A stretch of DNA of 64,000 bases from Octopus vulgaris (taxonomy: Eukaryota), in assembly GCA_951406725.2 (NCBI GenBank), contig OX597817.1, forward strand, positions 170,934,001 through 170,998,000. The letters run 5' to 3'. Under the pieces are notes generated by a model. It ran no database searches. It was not told the DNA's origin and saw only the letters and a program-made list of their open reading frames with translations. How positions within the stretch are numbered: the stretch's first letter is position 1; each line of letters begins with the position of its first letter. The position numbers and the translations under genes are program-made. This document shows, one piece after another, positions 27,566 through 40,998 of the stretch.

Positions 27566-28698
27566 TATGTATGTATACATACATACATATTTATATGCAT
27601 GTATGTGCATATGTATATATATATATATATACATACACACACACATATATATGTATATACATACATACATACATACATACATACATACATACATGTGGGT
27701 ATATATATATATGTATATGGTGTAGGCAAAAATCTCTTAGGGAATTTTCATATCAAAACTTCTGTATATACAAGTGAAATGTTATTTAAATTTTGTTTAA
27801 ATATCACATTATAAAATGAATTATTACCCAATATTATATTACATCACATTATATCATTTGATGTTACATTATATCATATTATATTAAGATTACATTATAA
27901 ATTTATGTCCTGAAAAATAAAAAAAAAATGGTTTAAATTTCTTTCTGTTTTCTCTTCCTTTTTCTTTTGTTTGTATATTTCGCAAAGTGATTCATCTCCG
28001 CTGTTATTATGCGAAACACTGAAACTTTTGAATTCAAATAAACAAAAGTAAATATTCAATGACTGTATTTTCTGTTATTCTATTGTTATTCTGTTTCAGA
28101 AAGTAAGTTTGATTTGTTCTTCATTTTATCTTATTTTATTTTATTTCATATTATTTTGTTTATTTTTTCATGTATATATTGAATAAATTTAATATTAATT
28201 TTTTTTTTCTTTTTTGTCTTTGAATTTCTTTTTACTGAAAAGTGACATATTTACTCTGCAAATATAAAGTTTTGGTAATGTATATCGATGTATTTACTCA
28301 GCAGTTATAAAAATATGATAATGAATTTACCAACGATGTATTTGTCCCGACCATAAATTTACCGGAGATGTGTTGGCTCATGATTTAATTACCTTACAAA
28401 TAAAATCACAAGGTGATGAAATTACAGGCGAAGTATTTATCATGATCTGATTACTTACAAAGAATTTACTATTCACTATTCTGCATTCATTTGTTTTATG
28501 TATGTGTACACTGGAATTAATGCAGGCAGAGAAGGAGATGAAGTGATTTCATTCGCAGAATTTTGCAACCCATTTCAGTCAAACATTTCTGTGTTCCAAC
28601 CCAGTTTTTTCTTTTTTTTTTTTACCTACGTAAGCATTGTGCAACAGCATAGATGACAAGAAACTATTCTATTATTGGGTTTATGTGTGTGTGGGCAA

Positions 28699-28745
<47 letters not shown>

Positions 28746-29108
28746 TCAATATAGGGTGGCAAAAAATTTTGTAGAATTTTTTTTGCCACCAGCGGCCTAG
28801 TGGGAAAAAATTAAATAGTCATAGACCATTTATAAGTTCAACATCACAATCAAGCTTTGGCTGTTATTTCTAGTGGGTGAATGGCCTATTATGGCCGTTC
28901 CTTGATTGTGATGATATATATATATATATATATATATATCGTTTTTCTGTAGAACAAGACTAGATATATGCCAATTACTCAATACTAAGGAGTAAATGCT
29001 GAATTGAATTGAATGTATTGCAATTATTTTTCTTCAATGCCAACTTCTCAGTTTCCCCCTCCTTCATTCATCCGTGCTCATCAGCCTCTTTGCACATTTG
29101 TTCCAATT

Positions 29109-29153
<45 letters not shown>

Positions 29154-30324
29154 CTCTCTCCACTTTTCTTAGCATCAGCTTCCCACACACTTTCTCCTTC
29201 TCTCTTCCTCACTTTCTTTGTCCTCCTCAGGTTTTATCCTCATTAATCTATTTCCCTCACCCTCACCTTCAACCCCCCCCTTCCATCCTACATTAACAGC
29301 AGTGCCAATACCACAAATGCATTAACAGCCACCAACACCACCACCACCGCCACCACTACCACCACCACCACCACCACCATCACCACCACTACCGCCACTA
29401 TCATGCTCTCAATACAAAACAACACAACACATTTAAAAAAACATCATCATTAACCACGTTATCATTAATGAAACCAACTTGACAATGAAATGGAACATCC
29501 TCATCATTTTCTTCCATCACTTCCACAACAATTTCTTCCTTTCCAAATAGAAAACAATAAGAAGAAAGCAAATAAAAGACTCTTCGGATGTAGTTAATAT
29601 AAGCACGATTTATTCCTCGTTGTTGGAACTAAAAAATTTAGAACAAACAATTTAGTTTTCTGAAACAGTCTTTCTCATTTAACATTCCTTTACTGGAGAT
29701 GTTTTCTTTTTCTAAATTCAGTTTTGCTCTTTTTCTAATATTTTTTTTCTTGTTTATATATCTAATTATTTATTTTCCTCTGAAATTCACAAAACATCAT
29801 TATTTTTGTAATTACTTCTACAACTTCTGCAAGTTTTCCTCAATTAAATAAGATTTCTTAAAAATTTAAGTTTCGTCTTATTTGGAAGAACTCACAACAA
29901 GTTTTCGAGATCGCTCGCAGATTGTTATGTTGCTTGGACATAGCTAACTAATGATCAAAACCTGTGCCAGCTCTGACCATCAAGATTTTTATTCAAATGG
30001 TGTATCTAAGACTATATTATTGAATGTGGGAAATTATGAATGACTCAGGAACCTGACCTAATTCCTGAAACCATATTCCTCACTGCCAGGAGAGAGGTTA
30101 ACCTTTTGAGCAATTAAGAATATGAAGGCTGATTGTATCATTACAGCTGGTAACCATCAAAATCAGTATTTCTCAATCATTTTTCACCTATGGATCCATT
30201 TGATTCCTATTTTACTGGATAGATCCTCCTAAACAGTTGGTGTTTAAAAAGCCATAATTTTTATAATTAAATATTATTAGGAACTATATAGAAAAATTAA
30301 GCTATTTTGCGCATTATAAGTATT

Positions 30325-30483
30325 TGTTGTTTGTTCTTTCTCAAGCCATGCCTGGCTCACAAGGGCCGGTTTCCCAGTTTCCTTGGTGTATAGGTTCCCC
30401 ACCTGGATGGGACGCCGGTCCATCGCAAGTGAGCCGCCAGATGCAGAAGGAAAGAGTGAGAGAAAGTTGTGGTGAAAGAGTCG
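30325..30483 (-). mobile_element. SINE 3' part related to family C
   Basis: Shares ACTCTTTCACCACAACTTTCTCTCACTCTTTC with 14821-14852; GCGATGGACCGGCGTCCCATCCAGG core; (AAC)n tail; abuts the mariner 5' region. Confidence 0.7.
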
Positions 30484-31643
30484 TTTTTCACTCTATCTAA
30501 TCGTGTTACATTGTTTCTTTTTGTATAATTAGGCCATTTTTTTCCGAAACGTTGAATACAACATGGACAAAAAGCAAATTCGCACAATTTTCTTATTCCA
30601 GTCCCAGCTAGGCCGAAAAGCTGCTGAAACAGCTCGTGATATCAACGATACATTTGACCCAGGAACCACTAATGAACATACAGCACAATGGTGGTTCAAG
30701 AAATTTCATAGCAGTGATGAGAGTCTTGAAGATGATAAGCATAGTGGTTGGCCATCAGATGTTGACAACAATCAACTAAGATCCTTAGTGGAAGCCAATC
30801 CATGCACAACTGTTCGAGAGCTTGCTTCTGAATTGGACATAACTTATATGACAATTTCCAACCACTTGAAAGACATTGGAAAAACAAAAATACTTGAGAA
30901 ATGGGTGCTGCACAAACTGAACGACAACCAAAAAAAAAAATGCCGTTTTGAAGTATTGTCTTCCCTTCTTTTACGCAACAAGAATGACCCGTTTCTTGAC
31001 TGGATTGTGACTTGTGAGGAAAAGTGGATTCTTTGTGACAACCAGCAATTCTCAGCTCACCGACGAAGCTCCATGGCATTTCCTGAAGCCAAAGTTGCAC
31101 CAAAAGAAGGTCATGATGACAGTTTGGTGGTCTGCAACTGGTCTCATCCATCACAGCTTTTTGGATCCAAGCGAAACCATTACAGCGGAGAAGTACTGTC
31201 AGCAAATGGATGAAATGCATAAGAAACTCTGACAACAACAGCCAGCATTGGTCAATAGAAAAGGACCAATTCTTCTCCATGACAACGCTCAGCCACATGT
31301 CACACAACTGATCCTGCAGGAGTTGAAGGAATTGGGTTACAAAACTCTGCCTCATCCGCCATACTCACCAGGCCTCTCACCTACCAACTACCACTTTTTC
31401 AAGCATCTCGACAACTTCCTGGGTGAGAAATGCTTCAAAAACTAAAACGATGCCAAACACGCCTTCGACTTCATCTCCACCAGAATGCAGTATGCTAGTG
31501 CCATAAATAAACTTGTTTCATTTTGGTAAAAGTGTGTTGATTCTGATGGTGTTTATTTTGATTAATAAAGTTTTGTTTGAGCCGAGATTTGTGCATCTGA
31601 ATTTAAAAGTTAAAAACCGCAAGAACTTCTTGACAACCTAATA
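30484..31643 (+). mobile_element. Mariner transposon, inactive (transposase pseudogene ~30563-31565)
   Basis: ORFs 30563-31213, 31014-31232 and 31248-31445 give HTH region, WVLHKL (WVPHEL), TCEEKW, LHDNA and YSPGLSPTNY (YSPDLAPSD decayed); 3' TIR AACCGCAAGAACTTCTTGACAACCTAA+TA; 5' TIR missing. Confidence 0.93.
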
Positions 31644-31797
31644 CCAGCATACTTTGCAGCTCAAATCAGTGATAAATGAATCAGTGATAAATAAGGATTA
31701 ATGCATTAATATTGTATCACCACTGCTATCTGCTGACTGAAATCTATGCCATCTCATTTGAGACAAATCTCTATCACTTCCCATGTAAACAAAGATA

Positions 31798-32032
31798 TTC
31801 TCTTTTACCCTTTTCTTTGTTTCAGTCATTTGACTGTGGCCTCTTTTAGTCAAACAAATCGACCCCAGGATTTATTCTTTGTAAGCCTAGTATTTTTTCT
31901 ATTGGTTGCTTTTGCCGAACCTCTAAGTTACAGGGATGTAAACACGCCAACAACTATTGTCAAGCAATCAAGCAATGGTGGGGGACAAACACAGACACAA
32001 AAACATATACATATACATACATACATGCATAC

Positions 32033-32102
<70 letters not shown>

Positions 32103-32250
32103 GACGGGCTTCTTTCAGTTTCTGTCTACCATATCCACTCACAAGGCTTTGGTGAGCCTGAGGCTATAGTCAACACTTGCCTGAGGTGCCATGCAGTTGG
32201 ACTGAACCTGGAACCATGTGGTTGGTATGCAAGCTACTTACCACACAGCC
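31798..32250 (-). mobile_element. SINE family A
   Basis: Tail, body, (TA)n and head on the minus strand. Confidence 0.85.
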
Positions 32251-32319
32251 ATGTTTTATAAAATGCACCCAAGCAAAACTGAAAATGAACTCATTTGTTT
32301 TATACTATAAATATATTAT

Positions 32320-32543
32320 GTACAAGAGGATGCTGAAAAGTTCCTGGCTTTGGGTAAAAGAAAATACAAGAGGATCAGTTAATTATGATTTTATTCAACA
32401 TATTCCCCTCTCAGATTCACACACTTATTGCAGTAGTCCATCAGTTTTTCTAAGCCCTGTAAAAGAACTTGGAAGGTTGACCCTCCAACCAGGCCTTTTG
32501 CAACACCCTTAAAGCCGGGAAATTTTCAGCAGCACTCTCTCAT
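32320..32543. mobile_element. Mariner-derived MITE
   Basis: TA-CAAGAGGATGCTGAAAAGTTCCTGGCTT...AAGCCGGGAAATTTTCAGCA; sibling of 25892-26113. Confidence 0.8.
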
Positions 32544-32594
32544 ATTGCATAATGATCAATTATTGACTTGAAGATTGAGATATACGATTTCAAC

Positions 32595-32640
<46 letters not shown>

Positions 32641-33371
32641 AATGTCTTTAAGTTATCATATTTATACATTTTATCAAATTCCCATTCATTTTCATCAGAT
32701 TTTCTCAAAAGCTGCACTACTCTATCAGTTGTACACAATCTATATCTTTGTCTTTTCTCCCTAGAAGTGTTTCAGAATGGTAAGTTTCATGATGAAAAAA
32801 AAAAAAAAAGAAAGAAAATACTGAGAACAGCACCTAAAATAAAGTTATCTATAAGCAGGTATTTCTTCTAAATCTTCAACAATGACCTCTCTTTATTCTG
32901 ACTGACCAATTTATTTTTAGTTTGACTGGATTTTAACATGGGATTTGCCAATTCCCTTTATATCACAATTTGGCTGAACATCAAGACTGAAATTCTTGGC
33001 AAACCAGAAATACAGCCTGTGCAAGTTAAAAGAATTCTTTGATTATTCTTAAATAAATCCTCTAGATGCTATTTAAAACTTCATTACTGAAATGCATGTA
33101 GAATGTTCATGGATAATTAAAACAAGATGAGAATTCTAATAGCATATACTATGGATGGAGATAGGTTTAGGATCTGTCACACAGAAAAGTGTTCATTTTT
33201 TACTTTATTTCCAGTATTTAATTACTTTCCCAAGTGATATTTAACCACAGGTCAACCCTGCAGAAGCAGAACTATGATCAAAGTTATTCCCCTTGTAACT
33301 CTTCTTTCTTTCTTTAAGTCAGTATATTTGTGTGCCTGAAACGACATCATCCAATACGTCCTTCTTCTTTT

Positions 33372-33610
33372 AATTCAATTCAATTTTTATTGGCTCAAAA
33401 AGCAAAAGCAAGTCCATGTAGGGGTACAGAGAGTTATGTACAGGGAGGGTGGTCATACAAAGAGTTCAAGCCATTTCTGATCGAGAGAGACTTTGAACCG
33501 AGCGGTCGTCGGCATCTTCACTATCTCGTTCGGCAGCTTATTCCACGGATCCGCAACCCAGATGGAGAAAGCCCCCTCGCCTTTGATTGAGCTGAAATCC
33601 TCGTAGATAG
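33372..33610 (-). mobile_element. CR1-type LINE 3' end
   Basis: Minus frame FSIWVADPWNKLPNEIVKMPTTARFKVSLD; short AATTG-repeat tail. Confidence 0.75.
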
Positions 33611-33697
33611 GAGGAGGGGGAAGGAGAAGAAGTGGAGGAGGAAGAGGGGAAGAAGAGGAGGAGGAGGAGGGGGAAGAGGGGGAAGAAGAAGAAGAAG

Positions 33698-33728
<31 letters not shown>

Positions 33729-34185
33729 GGAGGAGGAGGGGAAGAAGAAGATGAAGAGGCGGAGGAGGGGGAGAAAAAGAAGTGGAGGGGGAAGAGGAGG
33801 AGGGGGAGGAGGAGGGGGAAGAAGAAGATGAAGAGGCGGAGGAGGGGGAGAAAAAGAAGTGGAGGAGGAAGAGGGGAAGAGGATGAGGAGGGGGGGGAGG
33901 AGGGGGAAGAAGAAGATGAAGAGGCGGAGGAGGGGGAGAAAAAGAAGTGGAGGTGGAAGAGGGGAAGAGGTGGAGGAGGGGGAGGAGGGGGAAGAAGAAG
34001 AGGAGGAGGAGGGGGAAGAAGTGGAGGAGGAGGGGGAAGAAGAGGAGGAGGAGGAGGGGGAAGAGGTGGAGGAGGAGGGGAAGAAGAGGAGGAGGAGGAG
34101 GGGGAAGAAGAAGAAGGAGAGGAGGAGGAGGAGGGGAAGAAGAGAAGGAAGAAGAGGAGGAGGAGGGGGAGGGTTGAAGAGGAGA
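33610..34185. repeat. Polypurine GGA/GAA compound repeat with higher-order units
   Basis: Almost only A/G on the + strand; unit GAAGATGAAGAGGCGGAGGAGGGGGAGAAAAAGAAGTGGAGG recurs three times. Confidence 0.95.
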
Positions 34186-34566
34186 GTAAGTAGAACATTG
34201 TTCTGGTTGAGTAAATGTCATTAGCTTTGTTCAAGTTGGGTAGGTAACATCAACTTAATACGGTAAAATTTAGTGTAAGAAATTAAAAGCTGGCTTTGAT
34301 GATGAACTCCAATATTCTAAATCCAGATTTGTGCCTGGTAGCAGGGGTGGCCAGATCTACCTCACTTTTACAGCAAGCACTCTCACACCATCTCGCCATT
34401 TCACCCAGTTTTGGGCGTCCACCCTCCTCAAGCCAAACCTCCCAATCCCCTCCCCCACCTGTCCCCTCCACATTTTCTTTGGTCAACCTCGCTTTCACGG
34501 TTCATTCACTTTACACTCAAGCACTCTCCTCAGAACACGATCCTCATCCCTCCTCAACTCATGTCC

Positions 34567-35166
34567 ATACCTATTTCTTTACTACCCACAAGGGGCTAAA
34601 CACAGAGACAACAAACAGATTAAGTCGATTATATCAACCGCAGTGCATTGGCATCCTTTCTGTCTCGGGAGACAATGGAGTTGCGCATGTTTTTTGGGTT
34701 TTTTTTGTAGTCTAGTCCAGCTTTTATATTTCATGCCCTGATACATTTCCTGCTGTGGCTGTGTAGTCCTATCCTGGACAAACACTCCCTCTGGCAGGTA
34801 TCGCAAATGTAGCGAAGACTGTTCCTGGCTGGTTGTAGTGCCATAGTCTCTTGTTTACGTCTCTTCCTTTCTTTCCATTTCTCTTCTCTCTCTCTGTCAC
34901 TCTTTTGTATTCCCTCTTTTACTGTATGTCGCCATTCTCCACGGTTGCCGGCAACTGCCTCCCAACCACTAATATTTTGCAAACATCCCTGTAACGTAAG
35001 ATCGGTCTACCCACAGACCTAGTACATAACTGGTACCTATTTAATCAACTTCAAAAGGATGAAAGGCAAAGTCGACCTCGGCAGAATTTGAACACAGAAC
35101 GTAGCGGCAGACGAAATACCGCTCAGCATTTCGCCCGGTGCGTTAACGTTTCTGCCAGTTCGCCGC
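34567..35166 (-). mobile_element. SINE family B interrupted by an RTE 3' end (~34648-35020) encoding a C-terminal zinc finger
   Basis: ORF 34731-34982 (-): WEAVAGNRGEWR...YICDTCQRECLSRIGLHSHSRKC; SINE halves on both sides. Confidence 0.85.
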
Positions 35167-35541
35167 ACTCCATTCGCCCTTACCAGCTGTTCCACCGATT
35201 CCTCTAACTCCAGCATCCCTTGTTAGAGATCCTTTAAGTATGTATGTAAATAAAGATGTGACAGGTTAGGTTTATAAGCAGGCAAAGATGAAACACAGCT
35301 CAGTTCCTGTGGTTTCTGCTTAAAACCAAAATATTAGAAGCTGAAGTTTATTGAACATTGATTTTCATACATTCAATTAAGGTTTCTATGATGAATATTG
35401 GAAATTATTAACATTTTTATATTTAATAATTATCTTTTATTTTTTATCGTCTACTTGTTTCAGTCATTGGACTGTGGCCATGCTGGGGCACCACCTTGAA
35501 GGGCTTATTCAAAGTGGTGGTGGTGGTGATGGTGATGGTGG

Positions 35542-35577
<36 letters not shown>

Positions 35578-36575
35578 CGACGACGATGATCAAAAGGCAA
35601 GTTTTATATCCAACAAAACATCCACATGAAGTTCAATGTAATGATTGCCTTTCAGTACTAATGCTGTTCCTATCACTAATAGTTATTTTTTTTTAGTAAG
35701 TCTGCTGGCAATTTGTAACATCAGTCCCTGAAAAATCCACCAGAATTCCATATATCATTGGCGGTAAGATTTGGCTGGTATGCAACTGGTGGACATCTGT
35801 CACTGAAGAGATAGATTACATTGAAATCACGGGATTTAGCAGTTCCAACATCCAATATCCATAGCAGGTGATTCTCATTTGCCAACAATCTGAGTATATG
35901 TGCTTATATGTACCATGCAACGATATGAGAGGTTCTTTCAAGGTGAATATCGTAGTATTTGGTGCTCTAACAAAACATCTGTACTAAGTTGAACATAAAG
36001 ACTGTCTTTTGGCATTAATACTAATTATGTTACTAATACTTATACATGTAATAATTATCTTGACACTCACTACCTACCTCACTTAACCTGACAGACCATC
36101 CCAGCTGCAGCCATGAAATATAATAGCTAACAAATAGATTATGAATTATTTCCAGTCAAACTAACACTATTTCCATCAAATATTACAACAGATTTAATTA
36201 ATTCAATTTCTACATTGGTAAATTTCTAATAAAAATATCAAATGACATATAATATCAACTGTTACCAAACTGTAATTAATTTTATTAATTAAGTTTATTC
36301 ATTAATTTCAAGTAATTATTTGTATTTATGTTATCATTGAAATGGATGCAAGTTGTTTGGCTGATGTCATTGAGAGATGTTGAAATATGTGACCTTCAAC
36401 ATATTATGTTTATATACAAAGTTAACTTAACTATCTATCTGTCTGACTATCTATTTATTTAGTGTTTATTTCTTAACCTATCTATCTATCTGTCTATCTA
36501 TCCAGCTATACATCTATTCATCAATATCTCTTTCTCTTTCCTTTTATATATATATAGATATACACGCATGCACAT

Positions 36576-36610
<35 letters not shown>

Positions 36611-36714
36611 GATATACATGCATGCACATACACACACACATATATATATATATGTGTATGTATGTATGTGTATATATATATATATATATATGAATAAATG
36701 AAATAAATGAAATA

Positions 36715-36880
36715 AATAGGAATATGCAACCTTCGAAACATGTGTCGAGAGTAAAGGAATTTTGTTAAAATCGTCGTTCGACTCCATTCTTTCAGAGAGA
36801 ACTTTTCTGACGTGAATTTGCTACCCAGGTATCGGTTAACTGAATTATCCATACTAGGATAATTCATTCACCTTCTTAAA
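36715..36880 (+). mobile_element. Penelope-like fragment carrying the 3' half of a hammerhead
   Basis: Reverse complement of ~6740-6815; CCTTC-GAAAC-ATGT-GTC-GAGAG present but the CTGATGA half is missing. Confidence 0.7.
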
Positions 36881-36896
36881 TATATATATATATATA

Positions 36897-37086
36897 TAAA
36901 TACAACAAGAGGCTTCCAAATAGGAAAGCATTGTGCTAGAACACAAAAAAGGGATAAATTCACGAAAGAATGAAAATTAAAAACATTTACCTTCTCATGT
37001 TTTTAATTTTCATTCCTTTCATGAATTTATCCCTTTTTGTGTTCTAGCACAACGCTTTCCTATTTGGAAGCCTCTTGTTGTATTTA
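36897..37086. repeat. Near-perfect inverted repeat, ~90-bp arms with a 10-nt loop
   Basis: TAAATACAACAAGAGGCTTCC...AAAAACAT / TTACCTTCTC / ATGTTTTT...GGAAGCCTCTTGTTGTATTTA. Confidence 0.95.
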
Positions 37087-37175
37087 TGTATGAATAATAT
37101 ATAGTCTAATGACTAATTCGTCTTTTGTGCTAGGCCACTGATAATAATAATTTATTATTACCCTATTTTATTATG

Positions 37176-37213
<38 letters not shown>

Positions 37214-37479
37214 CATATTGTCAACTAATCCAGAAACAGGGTGTCCTCGGGTATCTCATATGGATGTGATCTTTCGTTGTTTTTCCCTTATACCTATGTG
37301 AGTTATTTCTGAGTATGCATTGTCTGGGAGACTTTTCTTGCAGTAGAAGAAATAGCCAAATTTTTGGCTGCTATTTCTAAAAAGCTCGGTGTGTGGTAAA
37401 GTAAATTATTTTACTTTACCCTATTTTTATAAAGTATACATACATACATACATACATACATACATACATACATACATAC

Positions 37480-37690
37480 AGTTTCACAGTGATGATGACA
37501 TCATATCTGCTGTTGACATTTTTGACCAACAGGATGAAATCTTCTTTGCTAATGAGATCCAAGCCCTGCAACACCAATGGAAGGAGTATTTGTATTGCAA
37601 GGAGGTGAATGTCAAAAAACAAACCTTATTTGGTCGCATTGCATGAGAGATTCTTAGTCAGCCTATGGACTTTGCCAACCAAACCTTTGA
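37480..37690 (+). mobile_element. Mariner transposase C-terminal remnant
   Basis: FHSDDDIISAV...FFANEIQALQHQWKEYLYCKEVNVKK resembles the mariner C-terminus. Confidence 0.65.
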
Positions 37691-38468
37691 CTTGAAAATA
37701 AAGATTATTTGCCAACATAATGTGGCAGTCCTGGTTGGGATGAATGTTACTGCTGTTTAGCCCCAGGAAACATCGTCTTCAACTGGCTATATGACACACT
37801 GTCTGTGTTCTTATATTTTCGAACAAGGGAGTTTAGCATCCCCACTAAAGCAACTTTCTTAACGACACAACTTTGCCTGTCCACTTTTTTCCTACAGATA
37901 CCAACTTGTAAATTCTTAATTTGAACATCAACCTATCAGTATCAAAGAAACAAGGGAGTTTTACGTGGTCGATAGGACAGCTAGAGCTAGCAGCTAAATC
38001 CCCCCTCAGATCCTATCATACTGTCTTAAATAAGAAAAGGACACATTGAACTACACAGACCCACATCCTTCATATGAAATGGATTGGTGATGGTCGAGAT
38101 GATTTCAATTATAAAGTCTGTTCGATCAAGATTGACTCAGGGCTAAGTGACAACAAAAACAACCAAATCTACAGAGAAAAGTCTTTGATATAAAGTCTGA
38201 TGAGACGCTAACAATTTGTCTGTCTTCGTGTAATGGAATAAAGGATACGCTATTTCTCACTTTGTGGTGTGGTGCAACTCTTGGCATTTATCATGAGTTT
38301 ACTACTTTGAAACTGTGAAATTCTATCCAACCCAACCTCGATCTTTCAACATCTATACACAAGTTGTAACATTGTATTATTTCAATTATCTTAAGCAGCC
38401 AAGAAACTGATCTTTTAAAACACTTTCAGAAAGATGATGACAAGAACAAGAACAACAACAAGAACATG

Positions 38469-38518
<50 letters not shown>

Positions 38519-38661
38519 GGCATTTTTTTTTTCTTACCCATACATCCGGATATTTTACTAATAAATCAATAATGGCAAATATTGTGTTTATCGAATGACA
38601 ATACCCAATATTAATTACTTAAGGGATGGAAGGTGTGAATGGTGACGATGATGATGATGAC

Positions 38662-38698
<37 letters not shown>

Positions 38699-39289
38699 GT
38701 GGTGGTGGGTGGTGGTGGTGGAGGTGGTGGTGGTGATGAGGATGATGATCATTGTGATGCTGATGATGATAATGATGACGGTGACAACGACCACAGCATC
38801 TACAAAGGCGACAATGATTGATGACAAGATGATGATGACAACAACGATGATGAGAAAGTGGGAGGACAACTAAGACAGTTAATGGCAAATGGCATTGCTA
38901 CCCTGCATTTAAACTGATCACAACACAAGTACTCTATTAACCTGCTAGAAATAGCAGCTAAATGTCCCTCAAATCAAACCCTACTATCTTCACTATAAAA
39001 AAAAGAAGAACAGATTGGATAATGTAACCATAGACACACTCCAAAAAAACATGGTGGTCACAACTGAAAAAACATTGATTGTAGTTTATTGGCTTAGGAT
39101 TGACCTAGGGCTAAACAGCAGTGACAACAGCAACAATATTATGGTCAGATTTTTCAACCAAAGTAGAGATTTTTTAGCTGGTATCATCATCTTATAATCT
39201 TGTTCATCAGTAGGAACACCACTCTTCTACAGCTATATGGATAAGTGTACCTACAGATGTATTAAGAAAGCCTAGGTATACCATATTTC

Positions 39290-39849
39290 CATCAGATGAT
39301 GAACTAATGTCCAGATGAATTGTGGACATATTGTACTTACACCAGCTGATGAAGTGCTGTCCAGATGGTCACAGCAGATGTCCAAATGAACTATGGACAC
39401 ACATAGCTTAGCTATGACATATGAGGAAATAGTGTCCAGATAATCAGAGTAAATGTCAAGAACTATGGACATGCTATTCCCACAACCTATGAGTGATGTC
39501 CAGATGGTCACAGATGTCCAGATGAACCATGAACACAACATAGCTTAGCTATTCTAATAGATGAACTAGTGTCCAAATAATTAGAGTAGATGTCCAGATG
39601 AACTGTGGACATACCAGATGATGGAGATGTCCAAATGAAGTATGGATGCAACATAGCCTAGCTTTGGCAGATGAGAAATTTGTGTCCAAATAATCAGAGT
39701 AGATGTCCAGATGAACTATGGACATGTCTTACCTGCTTCAGATGGGGGACTGATGTCCACATCCAGATGAGTCACAGATATACATACCTGCACCAGATAA
39801 TGAATAAATGTGTCCCTTCTTCATCTGGACAGTAAGTGTCCAGATGAAT
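39290..39849. repeat. Degenerate tandem repeat built on TGTCCAGATGAACTATGGACA
   Basis: About 15 CAGATG/CATCTG sites; a larger unit containing ACATAGCTTAGCT...TGTCCARATAATCAGAGTA recurs three times. Confidence 0.85.
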
Positions 39850-40263
39850 TGTACGTAGCTCGCATGTCAGACGATTGATTACCAAAAAGATTGCTCTTCG
39901 GCAAGCTGCTAAAAGGAAAGCGCTCACAAGGCGGCCAGAAGAAGCACTTTAAGGACACACTGAAAGCCTTCAACATCGACCATGACACTTGGGAGCAGTC
40001 TGCTCTAGATAGAGAAGGGTGGCGACCAGCTGTCCACAAGGGTGCCAACACATGTGAGACCAATAGGATCGCTGCTGCAGAAGACCACAGACAAGCCAGG
40101 AAGAACAGAGCTAACAACTAGGCACTACCATTCCTTGTCCATACTGTCAATGACTCTTTCAGGTGCAGATTGGCCTCACTAGCCATCAGCGGACTCACAA
40201 AACAAGCCCACCCCCACCCCAGGATGACTAGATGGTCTTTGTTGCATCGACGGACACACTACG
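39850..40263 (+). mobile_element. RTE LINE 3' end with 15-bp TSD
   Basis: LLFGKLLKGKRSQGGQKKHFKDTLK...W..A.DR..WR; frameshifted CPYC...H...H finger; TSD AGTGTCCAGATGAAT at 39835-39849 and 40264-40278. Confidence 0.9.
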
Positions 40264-40529
40264 AGTGTCCAGATGAATAAGGGACACACCAGTTCTGAGT
40301 CCAACCTGATACGATGGACAGGTGTCAAGTTGGACTTAGCAGATACCCAGATGACCCATGCAGACAGATTTCAGAGATATTGACACTTTAAAACAGAGGC
40401 AGTGACATATGTCTGGTGAATGTAGGCATCATCAGCTGGTGTGGTGTTTAAAAATAAATGAGGTAGGGTTTCCAGAACGGATTAGGGATAGAGAAGAAAA
40501 TGATGATGATGATGATGATGAGGAGGATG

Positions 40530-40998
40530 CATCAACAGCAGCGTTAGCGATGGCATCAGTGGTGGCATGAGCAGTGGCATGAGCAGTGCATCAGCAGTGG
40601 TGTAAGCAGTGGCGTCAGCGGTGGCATCAGCTGTGTCGTCAGCAGTGGCGTCAGCGGTGGTGTCAGCGGTGGCGTCTGCAGTGTTGTCAGCGGTGGCGTC
40701 AGCGGTGGTGTCAGCAGTGGTGTCAGCAGTGGCATCAGCAGTGGCATCAGTGGTGGCATCAGAAGTGGCGTCAGCAGTGGCGTCAGCAGTGGCGTCAGCG
40801 GTGGCGTCAGCGGTGGAGTCAGCGGTGGCGTCAGCGGTGGCATCAGTGGTGGTGTCAGCGGTGGTGTCAGTGGTGGCATCAGCGGTGGCATCAGCAGTGG
40901 CATCAGCAGTGGCATCAGCAGTGGCGTCAGCAGTGGCGTCAGCAGTGGCGTCAGCAGTGGCGTCAGCAGTGGCGTTAGCGGTGGCATCAGCAGCATCA
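40530..40998. repeat. 12-bp GC-rich minisatellite (GTGGCGTCAGCR)n, ~39 units
   Basis: Direct inspection; produces the VASA, QQWR and LTPP repeat ORFs. Confidence 0.95.

Noticed and set aside
30563-31445. SETMAR-like domesticated gene
   Set aside because: Frameshift, stops, mutated catalytic aspartates, a retained TIR and no SET domain: a dead mariner.
35700-36010. Possible Helitron helicase relic (LLWILDVG, minus strand)
   Set aside because: Single weak motif; not supportable without a profile search.
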